From: Rhabdochlamydiaceae bacterium
Lineage (GTDB): Bacteria > Chlamydiota > Chlamydiia > Chlamydiales > Rhabdochlamydiaceae
Length of the DNA stretch: 64,000 nt
Direction of reading: 5' to 3'
NCBI GenBank assembly: GCA_047459655.1
Contig: JAJREF010000002.1
Span: 160,001-224,000, forward strand
Shown here: piece after piece, positions 42,886-53,486 of the stretch
How the letters are laid out: each line of letters starts with the position of its first letter
Numbering within the stretch: the first letter of the stretch is position 1
Program-made: the position numbers and the translations under genes
Notes under the pieces: model-generated
Databases searched by the model: none
The model's input: only the letters and a program-made list of their open reading frames with translations
What the model was told of the DNA's origin: nothing

Positions 42886-44054
42886 ATGGCAAGATTAAAT
42901 TCCTATTACAAGCAATTGAAGCGAGAATATATTTTTCCCATTATCGAGGATAAACTCGCCCATTTGCAAAAAAACTTCCCCCATGCGACCTCCATTAACT
43001 TAGGGGTAGGAGATATCTCTCTACCTTTAGCTCCCTCTATTGCAAAAGCGATCTGCGATGCCACGCAAGAAATGACAACCAAACCAAGAGGGTATGGGCC
43101 TAGCGATGGGTACCTTTTTCTCAAAGAAGCTATTGTTGCGCATCAATATGCAGACCTCGGAATTTCCCCTGATGAAATTTTTATCTCTGATGGAACAAAC
43201 ACAGACACAGCCAATATCCAAGAACTCTTCAGCTTACGCAACACCGTTGGTATTTTAGATCCCACCTACCCTGTTTATCTAGACACCAATATCATGGCAG
43301 GAAGAGCCTCTAAAATTAGATTACTTCCTTGTACAGAGAAAAATGAGTTTTGCCCCTCTCCTCCCACAGAACACTGCGATATCATTTATCTGTGCACGCC
43401 TAACAACCCTACAGGCGTTGCCCTTACAAGAGATCAACTCAAAGAATGGATTACCTACGCGCAAAGAGAAAATGCTGTGCTTCTCATCGATCACGCCTAT
43501 GAAGCGTTTGTAACATCCCCCGATGTCCCTAAGACGATCTTTGAAATCGAAGGCGCAAAAGATGTTGCCATCGAATTTAAAAGTTTTTCTAAATCCGCTG
43601 GCTTTACAGGCCTGAGATGCGCATATACCGTTCTTCCTAAATCTGTTCACAAAGGACAACTCTACCCCCTCTGGGAAAAAAGGCAATCGACTAAGTCCAA
43701 TGGGGTCTCCTATCCCATTCAGAGAGGAGCTGAAGCTGTTTTTGCCCCCAAGGCAGAAAAGAAACAGGGGCTCAAGTTAGCCTTTACCTCCAAGAAGCTA
43801 AACGATTAAAAAATGGCCTCATTAAAATGGGTCATACTTGTTTTGGAGGAGAAAACTCCCCTTTTATCTGGTGGAAAACACCGCCTCATTTAACATCCTG
43901 GGAATTTTTCGATCTACTCTTAGAAAAATGCCACATCATCTCTGTCCCAGGAAGTGGCTTTGGAAAACATGGGGAGGGATACGTGAGACTCTCTGCTTTT
44001 ACAACACCTGCTCTTTCAACCCTTGCTTTGGAAAAACTATGCAATTTACTTTAG
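42886..44054 (+). CDS. dapL: LL-diaminopimelate aminotransferase (frameshifted)
   Basis: YIFP..NLGVGD, ISDG, PNNPTG, SFSKSAGFTGLRC and PGSGFGKHGEGYVRLSAF. Confidence 0.9.
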
Positions 44055-44702
44055 CCGCTGCGCACCAAGATTTCTTTACTGATCATCAACACATCGAATT
44101 CAACAACATTTTTTCTATAGAAGAGATAAAAATTTTACAAGATGCGATCCATGAAGTGCTCACACAAAGAGAGCAAAAAATCATTGAGACAAGATCTGCC
44201 AAGGAGTTATTCAAAGCTGGAAGAGATGTGTGGAGAGATCATCCTGCCATCAAAAAAATTGTCCTCCATAAACGCCTGGCTAAAATCGCGTCTCCCTTGT
44301 TTCAACAACCTATCATCCGTATTGCGTACGACCAAGCCCTTTGCTCATTTTCCCCAGGTGAACCTTTATTTCCAGAGCCTTTCTCTCTCCAGATGGTTAG
44401 CTGCTTCCAACCAATTTGCGGAGCTGTATTTTAAGACTTTCCGATGACCCAAATCCCCCTACTATCCTTCCACAGAAAATTGGCAATGTTTCATTCATAG
44501 GCCCTAACTTTCCTATCCCTTGGTCCTCCTTAATTCAACAAACACCCAGCTCCTTTTTCATGATTGTCTACTGTACAGACAAAACAGTCTATGTCTTAGA
44601 AAGAGAGATCCTCATACCCACGCTCTGAAAAAGCTAGGATATGGATTTGGCGATCGTCTTGAAGAAAAAACACATCCCATTATCTTTAATAGAAAAGCCT
44701 AA
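44039..44702 (+). CDS. Conserved chlamydial hypothetical protein (frameshifted)
   Basis: MQFTL...HQDFF...HIEF...GRDVWR...IRIAYDQ...YGFGDRL...HPII across three frames. Confidence 0.55.
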
Positions 44703-44779
44703 CACCATTTATAAAATAATTCTTGTATAAAAATTCCCATTTGTAGAAAAGTGTTATGTTTCTACATTTGAGGGAAATT

Positions 44780-45844
44780 ATGGCAAAAAAGGATAGTGTT
44801 TCTAAAGAAAAGCAAAAGGTAGAGAAAAAGCTTGTGACACCTCTTGATGGACCCTATTTGCAGTACCAAAATAAGCGGCTCTTAGATTTTTCTTCAGAGG
44901 ATTTTTTAGGTTTATCAAAGCACCCGGATGTAAAAAAAGCTCTATTAAATATACGCTTCGCTTCAGGAATAGGAACTCTTTCTTCTACCTTTGAATCTCT
45001 CCCACAAAAACAAATCGAAGAAAAACTTGCTAACCTCTTAGGCTTTGAAAAAGCATTTTTCTTTAATTCTTTTTCCGAAGTGTTTTCTTTTTTACTCACA
45101 CCTGAGTCGGTTGTTTTTTCTGATCAACCTACGAACATAAGTCAAGCCACGCATACATTTTCTAGCCTAGACCAGCTAAAAACACTCTTATCTAAAACAA
45201 AGCTTCCTTCCAACGTAGTCCACATTATTTTGGTCTCCTCTCCATCCTTTGATCTGAAAACTTTACACAGCCTTGCAAAAGAAGCACGCGCGGTGCTCTG
45301 CTTCAATGATAAAGAACATTTTGGGATTGCTGGAAAGCGGGGATTAGGATTTGGAGCGCAACAAAAAGAAGTAGATTGCGTGATTGGATCTTTTGAACAT
45401 GCAAGCGGCGCTCCTATCGCCTACATTGCAACATCAGATACCATCTTCAAAGAAAAACCCTATGTCCATCCCCTCATACCCTCCTCTTTAGGAGCCCTTG
45501 ATGCTATCTTGAACATACTGCCAGATATGGACGCTGAACGCGTACAAATGGAAAAACACATCGGATGGTTACAGGGTCAGCTTAGGGAAAAAGGGTTTTC
45601 TGTCTCTCTTGGTAAAACACCAAAGATCACAATCTCATTTTCTCGTGAAGAAGCAGCAGAGCGTTTGTGGAACTTTTTTATAGAAAACGATGTCATGCTA
45701 GGGCATTTAGAGACCAAACAACTCAGCTTTAGCTTGACAGCTCTACATACCCCTGATGATTTAGATCAACTATCGACTGTTCTTAAAAAACTCTCCGACA
45801 CTGATTTTGCTCTCAGTATGCAATCTTCCACCCCTACTCCGTAA
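44780..45844 (+). CDS. Degenerate BioF/AONS-like class II aminotransferase fold protein
   Basis: LDFSSEDFLGLSKHP, HFGIAGKRGLG and FSLTALHT. The usual PLP lysine position reads GSFEHASG. Confidence 0.6.
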   Translation: MAKKDSVSKEKQKVEKKLVTPLDGPYLQYQNKRLLDFSSEDFLGLSKHPDVKKALLNIRFASGIGTLSSTFESLPQKQIEEKLANLLGFEKAFFFNSFSEVFSFLLTPESVVFSDQPTNISQATHTFSSLDQLKTLLSKTKLPSNVVHIILVSSPSFDLKTLHSLAKEARAVLCFNDKEHFGIAGKRGLGFGAQQKEVDCVIGSFEHASGAPIAYIATSDTIFKEKPYVHPLIPSSLGALDAILNILPDMDAERVQMEKHIGWLQGQLREKGFSVSLGKTPKITISFSREEAAERLWNFFIENDVMLGHLETKQLSFSLTALHTPDDLDQLSTVLKKLSDTDFALSMQSSTPTP

Positions 45845-47018
45845 AGGTAATTGCCTACAAGCCTAAGATTGGGATGCTTTTCTTCGAGTTTTTTTCAAGA
45901 GCTCTCATTTTATGCACGTGGCCTACTTCCATTTGAGGAAAGGCTTGCTTTGCAGACACAACCTGGTAGGCATCGGGCATAGCCGTAATATGCAGATGTT
46001 TTTTCAAAGCTTCCAAAGCCATCTCTAGGGCTTCTTTTTCTTCCAACCTTTCCCTTTTTAACATCACCGTTAACCTTGTCCCCTCCCCCTCTCTTGGAAA
46101 TGCATTCGAATCAAACACAACACCCAACACGTTTTCTAGCTCCTGTGACGAGACAATATACCCATACCCTGACTTATCTAGGACAGAGGTTCGATAGCCC
46201 AAATTCACAACCGTAGCACCTGTATGCGTAATCTCCAGCAGCTCTTTATCTAATAGCTTACCCGCGCTATGGCAAGGAAGCGCGCTAAAAAGATAATCCG
46301 CTTCATACTCTTCCTTTCCTGTAACACCTACTTTATCTCCCTTAAATTCAACCTTTGTGATCTCTTCTCCGTAATGAAAATCTGCTCCACTTCTCTTTTC
46401 TAGTTCATCCAATAAGGACTGTACCCCTCTTGGAAAAGTAAAAAGAGAAGGACCCTTACTCTTTTCCATTTTCCACAACCCTTTGGTGATAGAGCCCCAT
46501 CTCTTCTCCCATTTTTTTAAACTAGGGAAACAAGCCTCTACCGATAATTTTTTCATATCACCTGCATAAATGCCTGTGACCATCGGATCAAAAAAATGGA
46601 GAGCAACTTTCTCATTAAATCTTCGGCAAGCAAAATCCCATACAGATTCATCTTGTTCAACACGAGGAACTCTCCACTCTTTCAAGATTGATTTGACAAA
46701 GGCCCCCGTCCAAATAGGAACCTTCCGCATTCTATTCCCTATCCATAGATATCTCCCCCTTCCCCTTGAATCAGAAAATATCAGCTCAAGCCCCATTTCC
46801 ATTGCAAGTGCACGCAGCTGTAAACACTTAGAAAAAAGAAACGTCCGCGGCCCCTCTTCAAATAAGAACCCCTTCGAAAGATCACTTCCAATCCATCCCC
46901 CTGCACGTGTTTTTTTCTCAAACACCCGAATGTCGCAGTCCCCTCTTTTCGAAAGAAAATACGCCAGCGATAAGCCGGAAACACCCGCACCTAAAATAAT
47001 GATTTTTTTCTTATTCAT
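45766..47018 (-). CDS. hemG: Protoporphyrinogen/coproporphyrinogen oxidase (HemY-type), frameshift near 3' end
   Basis: GAGVSGLS, FEEGPRTF, GIYAGD, AFPQ, and GNYLYGVGVEDC in the shifted frame. Confidence 0.88.
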
Positions 47019-47215
47019 CTAAAACTGGGTAGATCAAAATTAGACCTATTGGCAAGCAGAAGAAATTCTTGAATCTTTTTCCAAATGTGATAAAGTTCGG
47101 ATGAGTCACCTACTTGCTCTTTTTATAGGACACCGGTTATATCAGACAAAAGATATTGGTTACAAGAAAGTTGCAATTACCTCCTTGGGAGCTGTAAAAA
47201 AATAAAATTACGAGG

Positions 47216-49021
47216 TTGTTTTTGATAAATGGTATTACCTGCCTTCTTTTAACATCTCCATTACTTCTTCATGCAGCCTTAGATTCTGCTACTCCACAGG
47301 TTTGTGAAACAACCCATGACATCAACCGCGTATCCATCCGTCATATAGAATCAAAAGGTATCGGTTACGAAAAAGGGTATACTACCCTTGAAGCTTTTTT
47401 TGTACCCCTGTCCAATTTAACTACTGACTGGATTCCTTTTTTGGACCTGAGAGGCCATATCTTTAACAACAGCCAGCCTGCTGCAAATGCAGGGATGGGC
47501 CTTCGCTATATCGATGCTAGAGTGTGGGGCGCTAACATCTATTACGATTACCGTAAAACATCTGAGCGTAGCTACAATCAGATCTCGTTTGGATTTGAGT
47601 CTCTTGGAAGATATTTAGATTACCGCATCAATGGTTATTTTCCTGTCGGCAAACATAAAGGGTCTCTTTCTGATGCTAGATTTGATCATTTTTCAGGCCA
47701 CTCCCTTTATATTGCAAGAAAGCAAGAGCTAGCTTTAAAAGGGACTAATGGAGAGGTAGGGGTACACATCGCTAAAGTCAAAGGCATTGACTTCTACAGC
47801 GCTCTTGGACCCTACTATTTTACAAATGATACAAAACAGACATTCGGAGGAGCCTTCCGCATTGGGATGGATGTTCTTAAAATTTTACGTATTGAAGGAA
47901 ACACTTCCTACGACCATCTTTTTAGATGGATTGGGCAAGGACAAATTAGCCTTTCTTATGCATTCACCCCTAAAAAAATAAGCCGTAAAGAGAAAAAAGG
48001 CAGCTGCTCATACCATGCCTTTGTCCGCGATAGAGCCTTCCAAAGAGTTGACAAACAAGAAATCATTGTCACAACAACCCAAAAGAAAAAAAGTGTAGCT
48101 ATCAACCCAGAAACGGGCCTTCCTTATGTGTTCTGGTTTGTAGATAATACTAGTAACTCGCAAGGGACCTATGAATCCCCTTACAGCACCCTTGCCAACG
48201 CTGAAACAAATTCTCAAGTCAATGACATCATTGCTGTCCTCCCAGGAGATGGGACAGATAGAGGCATGAACGCAGGGATTACTCTCAAAAATGGACAAAA
48301 GCTCTGGGGAATGAGCATCATCCATACTCTACCAACCACTTTAGGCAATATTAAAATCAAACCCCTAACCTCTATCATACCTCTGCTAACCAACTCTGGA
48401 ACTGTTGTGACGTGCGGGAATAATAATGATGTTATAGGTCTTAAGCTAAGAAGCTTTGGAAACGGAAATAAAGTTATTGAAATAGATCAAAAAAATGGGA
48501 ATTTCAATATTGAGAACAATATTATTTATACCCCTTCAAATGGAGTAGGAATTTATCAATATTTAGGAGATGTAAATTCTCACTTTTACAACAATACAAT
48601 TATAGGAGAAGATAATAATGGATCATTTGGAATTTATATAGCTAGCTCTAAATCCGACATTAAAATTATAAAAAACACAATAACAACAAACAATGGCATG
48701 TACATTACAAGCTCTCTCAATAACAAATCGATTTATATTGAAGGCAATACAATAAACAACTCTGGTTTTTCATCTTTTGGTATAGGCATTTATTCACAAA
48801 AAGGCGCATATTTAATCTCAGGAAATATGTCTAAAAGCCCTATAAACATAGTAGTGGTTGGAGGAGGAGACTTTGCTGGAACCTTAAGAAATAACCAGGT
48901 GTCAACTTTAGACCGAACAAATACTGCCTCTTATATCTTTCAAGGACAAAATGGGGCCTCTGCATCTCAGATCAATTTTGCTCCTGACAATATAGGAGAT
49001 ACAAGCTATTCAGGTTTTTGA
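47216..49021 (+). CDS. Inverse autotransporter beta-domain protein with parallel beta-helix passenger
   Basis: AANAGMGLRY, GANIYYDY, GFESLG, RINGYFPVG barrel motifs; FVDN...GTYESPYSTL; N/I-rich beta-helix repeats. Confidence 0.75.
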   Translation: MFLINGITCLLLTSPLLLHAALDSATPQVCETTHDINRVSIRHIESKGIGYEKGYTTLEAFFVPLSNLTTDWIPFLDLRGHIFNNSQPAANAGMGLRYIDARVWGANIYYDYRKTSERSYNQISFGFESLGRYLDYRINGYFPVGKHKGSLSDARFDHFSGHSLYIARKQELALKGTNGEVGVHIAKVKGIDFYSALGPYYFTNDTKQTFGGAFRIGMDVLKILRIEGNTSYDHLFRWIGQGQISLSYAFTPKKISRKEKKGSCSYHAFVRDRAFQRVDKQEIIVTTTQKKKSVAINPETGLPYVFWFVDNTSNSQGTYESPYSTLANAETNSQVNDIIAVLPGDGTDRGMNAGITLKNGQKLWGMSIIHTLPTTLGNIKIKPLTSIIPLLTNSGTVVTCGNNNDVIGLKLRSFGNGNKVIEIDQKNGNFNIENNIIYTPSNGVGIYQYLGDVNSHFYNNTIIGEDNNGSFGIYIASSKSDIKIIKNTITTNNGMYITSSLNNKSIYIEGNTINNSGFSSFGIGIYSQKGAYLISGNMSKSPINIVVVGGGDFAGTLRNNQVSTLDRTNTASYIFQGQNGASASQINFAPDNIGDTSYSGF

Positions 49022-49072
49022 TGAAAAAATTATCTGAAAGAAAAGGCAGTTGCACAACTCAGAAGTCTATTT

Positions 49073-49885
49073 ATGCTTAAAAAAAATCTCATTACCCCTT
49101 TCTTGCTGGAGCTTAGAGAAAGCATCATCCACCAATTTGAAGTTTTTGAGCCCTATGCCCGTTTTGAGCGTAAACCATGGGAGCACAAAACAGGAGGTGG
49201 TGGAGAAATAGGTATTTTACGTGGAAGCGTTTTTGAAAAAGCAGCTGTTAATTTCTCTGCAGTCTCTGGGGATAACTTTCCGATGCAAGATGGCTCAGGA
49301 CCTTTTTTTGCAACAGGAATCAGCCTAATTACCCATATGGATAACCCTCACGCTCCGACTGTACATATGAATCTACGCTATTTAGAAACAAAAGATAAGC
49401 AGTGGTTTGGAGGAGGCTATGATCTTACGCCCATGGGATTTCCTTATGATGAAGATACGCAGCACTTTCATAGCGTTGCTAAAAATACACTCGATGCTTT
49501 TGGCCCCGACATCTACCCCCTCTTTTCCAAACAAGCGCAAGAATATTTTTTTATTCACCACTGGAAAAAAGAACGGGGTGTGGGAGGTATTTTCTTTGAT
49601 CATTTTAACACAGGCAATTTCGAAAGCGACTTCAGTATGTGGAAAGCAATTGGATCTAGCTTCTTAAATACGATTTTGCCCATCTATGAAAAACGGGGCT
49701 CACAACCCTACACAAGGGAAGAAAAAGAAAAACAACTGGAGCTGCGCGCTCACTACGTCGAATTTAATCTTCTCTACGACCGCGGAACCCAATTTGGCTT
49801 TAAATCAGGAGGCAATCCAGAGGCAATTCTTTGCTCCATGCCCCCCTTGCGAAGTGGTAAAAATTTACACGTTATAGGTGCTTGA
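49073..49885 (+). CDS. hemF: Oxygen-dependent coproporphyrinogen III oxidase
   Basis: FEKAAVNFS, PTVHMNLRY, WFGGGYDLTP, ERGVGGIFFD and YVEFNLLYDRGT. Confidence 0.95.
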   Translation: MLKKNLITPFLLELRESIIHQFEVFEPYARFERKPWEHKTGGGGEIGILRGSVFEKAAVNFSAVSGDNFPMQDGSGPFFATGISLITHMDNPHAPTVHMNLRYLETKDKQWFGGGYDLTPMGFPYDEDTQHFHSVAKNTLDAFGPDIYPLFSKQAQEYFFIHHWKKERGVGGIFFDHFNTGNFESDFSMWKAIGSSFLNTILPIYEKRGSQPYTREEKEKQLELRAHYVEFNLLYDRGTQFGFKSGGNPEAILCSMPPLRSGKNLHVIGA

Positions 49886-51310
49886 GCTCACATTACCGCC
49901 TGTGCCTGTCCAGTTCGTGTGGACAAACTGGCCTGGCTTATCTACTAGTTCATAGGTATGCGCTCCAAAGAAGTCGCGCTGTGCCTGTAAAAGGTTAGCA
50001 GGGAGCCTGGCTGATCGATATCCATCAAAAAATGATAGGGCTGTTCCGAGGGCAGGAATAGGGATGCCTGCTTGGCAAGCTATTGCAGCTGTCTGCCGCA
50101 GGCCTTGCTCACATTTTTTCACTTCCTTGATAAAAAACGGATCGAGGAGGAGATTGGGAAGATCTTTGTTCTGATCGTAGGCACTTTTGATCTTATTTAA
50201 AAAAGCGCTGCGAATAATGCAACCCTCTCTCCATATGAGGGCAATAGAGCCGTAGTTTAAATTCCAGTGCATTTCGGCAGCTTGTGTACGCATGAGCATA
50301 AAGCCTTGCGCGTAGCTAATGATTTTGGCCATGTAGAGAGCATCTTTTAGAGCATTTGTAAACGCTTTCTTATCGCCAGAAAAATTAAACGCAGGATGTG
50401 CATACTGCTGGCTTGCCTTCACACGCTCTTCTTTCATGGCAGAGAGGCATCTGGCAAAAACAGCTTCTCCAATCAACGTCACAGGCACGCCTAATTCAAG
50501 GGCACTGATGCCTGTCCATTTTCCTGTGCCTTTTTGCCCTGCTTTATCTAAAATCTTATCGAGTAAAAGCTTTCCATCTTTATCTAGAAACCCTAAAATA
50601 TGCGCAGTGATTTCTATCAAATAACTCGATAGCTCTCCCTGATTCCACTCTGTGAATACTTTCTGCATCTCAGGAGCAGAGGCTTTGAGAACATCTTTCA
50701 GAAGATGGTAAGCCTCTGAGGTGAGCTGCATATCACCATACTCAATTCCATTATGCACCATCTTAACATAATGCCCTGCCCCCCCTTCACCAATCCACTC
50801 ACAACAAGAAGCCCCATCGGTTGCTTTGGCAGCAATCGCTTGCAGAATCGGTTTAACGATAGGCCATGCTTCCGGATGGCCCCCAGGCATAATAGAGGGC
50901 CCATGCCTTGCACCGTCCTCCCCTCCTGACACACCAGCTCCTACAAATAGAATCCCCTTCTTTGCTAGCTCCTTCACCCGTCTTTCAGTATCTACATAAA
51001 AGCTATTGCCGCCATCAATGACCACATCCCCTTTCTCTAAAAAAGGAAGACATTCCTCAATCAGATCATCCACAGGAGTGCCCGCTTTGACCATGAGCAT
51101 CACCTTCCGGGGTCTCTTCAAGAGCTTGAAAAACTCTTGCAGCGTATGAGCACCTTGAACCTGGGTATCTTTTGCAGGACCCTTTAAGAAATCATCCACC
51201 TTCGAGACCGTGCGATTAAAAACAGCCACTTTAAAACCATGATCATTCATGTTAAGGACTAAGTTTTGTCCCATCACAGCAAGTCCAATCAATCCAATAT
51301 CTGCTTCCAT
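49865..51310 (-). CDS. gnd: 6-phosphogluconate dehydrogenase (NADP, decarboxylating)
   Basis: IGLAVMG, KMVHNGIEYGDMQL, GQKGTGKW and QAQRDFFGAH. Confidence 0.97.
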   Translation of the reverse strand: MEADIGLIGLAVMGQNLVLNMNDHGFKVAVFNRTVSKVDDFLKGPAKDTQVQGAHTLQEFFKLLKRPRKVMLMVKAGTPVDDLIEECLPFLEKGDVVIDGGNSFYVDTERRVKELAKKGILFVGAGVSGGEDGARHGPSIMPGGHPEAWPIVKPILQAIAAKATDGASCCEWIGEGGAGHYVKMVHNGIEYGDMQLTSEAYHLLKDVLKASAPEMQKVFTEWNQGELSSYLIEITAHILGFLDKDGKLLLDKILDKAGQKGTGKWTGISALELGVPVTLIGEAVFARCLSAMKEERVKASQQYAHPAFNFSGDKKAFTNALKDALYMAKIISYAQGFMLMRTQAAEMHWNLNYGSIALIWREGCIIRSAFLNKIKSAYDQNKDLPNLLLDPFFIKEVKKCEQGLRQTAAIACQAGIPIPALGTALSFFDGYRSARLPANLLQAQRDFFGAHTYELVDKPGQFVHTNWTGTGGNVSSSTYNV

Positions 51311-51323
51311 TTTTTATTCCTTA

Positions 51324-52010
51324 TTATAGAGGTAGGGCGGCATTTTTTCTTAAATAATGGTCGATCCCGTCTGCAATGCCAGCGGCAACTCTATTGAGAT
51401 ACGTTTTGTCTCTGAGAAGCATCCTCTCTTCCTTGTTAGTAATAAAACCGCCTTCCACCAAAACAGCCGGCATATCGGTCTCTCGAATCACATGGAAGTT
51501 GCCCGCTTTCACCCCTCGAGAGTCTGCTTCTGTTCCCTTAATCAAATGACTCAAAATATTGTCTGCTAACTGCTTCGAAGATTTGGCACGAGAGGCATTC
51601 CGCCCTTTATAGTAAAAGACTTCAATTCCCTTTGCATCTGCCGAATGAGAAGCATTATAATGAATGCTGACAAAAATAACAGCTCGCGTCTTATTAGCAA
51701 TAGAAACTCGTCTTTCCAGGGACACAAAAACATCCCTACTGCGCGTCAAAATAACCCTATAATCCTTCTCTTCCAAATATTTTTTTAAAGCGAGCGTTGT
51801 AAGGAGGGTAATTCTTTTTTCATGGAAAAAATTGATCTTGGCTCCCTCATCCGATCCGCCATGGCCAGGGTCTAAAATCACGAGGGGCTTAGCATGTTGA
51901 GGAATTGACGCACGGAAAGGCTTAAGCGATGTTGTTGATGCAGCCTCAATGGAGATTGATGAAAAAAAAATAGCCCACGGGAGTAGAAGATACCACATCA
52001 ATCGCGCCAT
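51324..52010 (-). CDS. amiA: N-acetylmuramoyl-L-alanine amidase (Amidase_3)
   Basis: LDPGHGG, EK, SIHYNA and VLVEGGFITN. Confidence 0.9.
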   Translation of the reverse strand: MARLMWYLLLPWAIFFSSISIEAASTTSLKPFRASIPQHAKPLVILDPGHGGSDEGAKINFFHEKRITLLTTLALKKYLEEKDYRVILTRSRDVFVSLERRVSIANKTRAVIFVSIHYNASHSADAKGIEVFYYKGRNASRAKSSKQLADNILSHLIKGTEADSRGVKAGNFHVIRETDMPAVLVEGGFITNKEERMLLRDKTYLNRVAAGIADGIDHYLRKNAALPL

Positions 52011-52112
52011 GAAAGGAAGTCTATACCGTCTTACGAATATTTTTCAGCTTTTTTAAAAACGGCACAGACATTTTTTCAAGACGCCTATAAAAGGCGTCCT
52101 ATACAGAAGAGA

Positions 52113-52798
52113 TTATGCAGTTTGGAGCGCCCGATTTGAAGGGAGCAAACGATTATAGAGGTCTAGTTTATCCTGCAAACATCTTTGAACTAGATCAAGA
52201 GCCTGCTTCATATCTTCATCTTGACCTTGATTTTCCTCTATTTTTTTAGAAATATTGGCAAGAGCGTTTTCAGTGAGATTTTTTTTCTCCTGTACGAGCT
52301 CTTGTAACTCTGTGCGATTGTAGATAATAGAGGCTTGCTGTCCCACAAATTTGGCAATACGATACGTGGCGTACATATGTGTAAATGGAATGGTCAACAA
52401 GAGAGGGGTATCATAGAAAAGGAAAAACAGGTAAATAAAAAATTTAATGTAAAATCAGAGCGAAAAGGCACGCTTAGTATTTTAAAAACTAAACCTATAA
52501 TACCTGATTGTAAAATAACGCCTACCGGCAGAGAGCAAATACCTAGAATAGCTGTAATAATAAAAAGATGCTTTTTATAGCTGCTTAGGTTAACCGAATT
52601 AATGACTTTATTTATATTTTGATCTATTCCTAATCTATTAGAAATAACTAATTCACCACAAATGGAGGTGCATTTGGTATACGTTCCATACTGTTTTTGA
52701 CGATTCAGGTTTTTAGTTACATCGGAAATACTAAGCGCTCCATATCTATTAAACTCTTGCACTTCTTTATAAAAATTATTTAATCTTATCAAATCCAT
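52113..52798 (-). CDS. Hypothetical membrane protein with hydrophobic hairpin and C-terminal coiled coil (frameshifted)
   Basis: MDLIRLNN... (ATG 52798), long hydrophobic stretch, then ORF 52113-52400 rich in E/Q/K. Confidence 0.5.
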
Positions 52799-52928
52799 AA
52801 AAACCCCACTTTTTAGTTTAAAAACTTTATATATTATAAAGTAAATCGCAATTATTTTGAATAAATAATAAAAATAATTTTTAATCTTCATCTGCTTAAT
52901 AATAAACAACTTACGAAATAAACCACTT

Positions 52929-53319
52929 TTATGATGAATCTCGAGCAACGATCCTGTCGTCAAAGTCGATGGTTTGATGGGAGAAGATCTGGTAGGTCTC
53001 ATGCCCTTTGCCAGCGATGAGGACGATATCACCTGGCTGAGCACGGCAGATCGCTTTTTGAATAGCTTGCCGCCGGTCAAGCTCAACAATGAAGCGGCTC
53101 TTATCTTGAAAGCCTGGTAGAATTTGTTGAATGATTTCATAGGGATCTTCTTTCCGAGGATTATCTGTTGTCACAATGACAAAGTCGGAGAGCTTTTCTG
53201 CGATATGCGCCATTTTAGGGCGTTTTAGAGGATCCCGATTGCCGCCACAGCCAAAAACGGTAATAAGATTGTTTGTTTTACACTCTTGGAGTGTTTCTAA
53301 GACATTTTTTAGCGCATCA
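52929..53319 (-). pseudogene. murE: Duplicated 3' fragment of murE (no 5' part)
   Basis: 52963-53319 is identical to 55124-55479 except one T in a homopolymer; it ends ...IDFDDRIVARDSS*. Confidence 0.9.
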
Positions 53320-53486
53320 AAGATTTAAAAAATTTTACACAGAGTCAAGAAAAATCTTCATGCGATTGCCATGGCTATAAAACCTTATAGATTAATGTAT
53401 TAAATGCTGCCTTCGATGTTCTGGAAAAATAACAGTTTTTTTACAGTTACAAATATGTTATAATACCTCGCAATAAGGATAAAAAT

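Noticed and set aside
52080..52098. GACGCCT-ATAAA-AGGCGTC hairpin as an intrinsic terminator
   Set aside because: The position is plausible, but there is no convincing U-tract on the minus strand.
52394..53140. 248-aa ORF as one protein
   Set aside because: Its N-terminal part is an alternative frame of the murE duplicate plus AT-rich spacer. The plausible start is the ATG at 52798.
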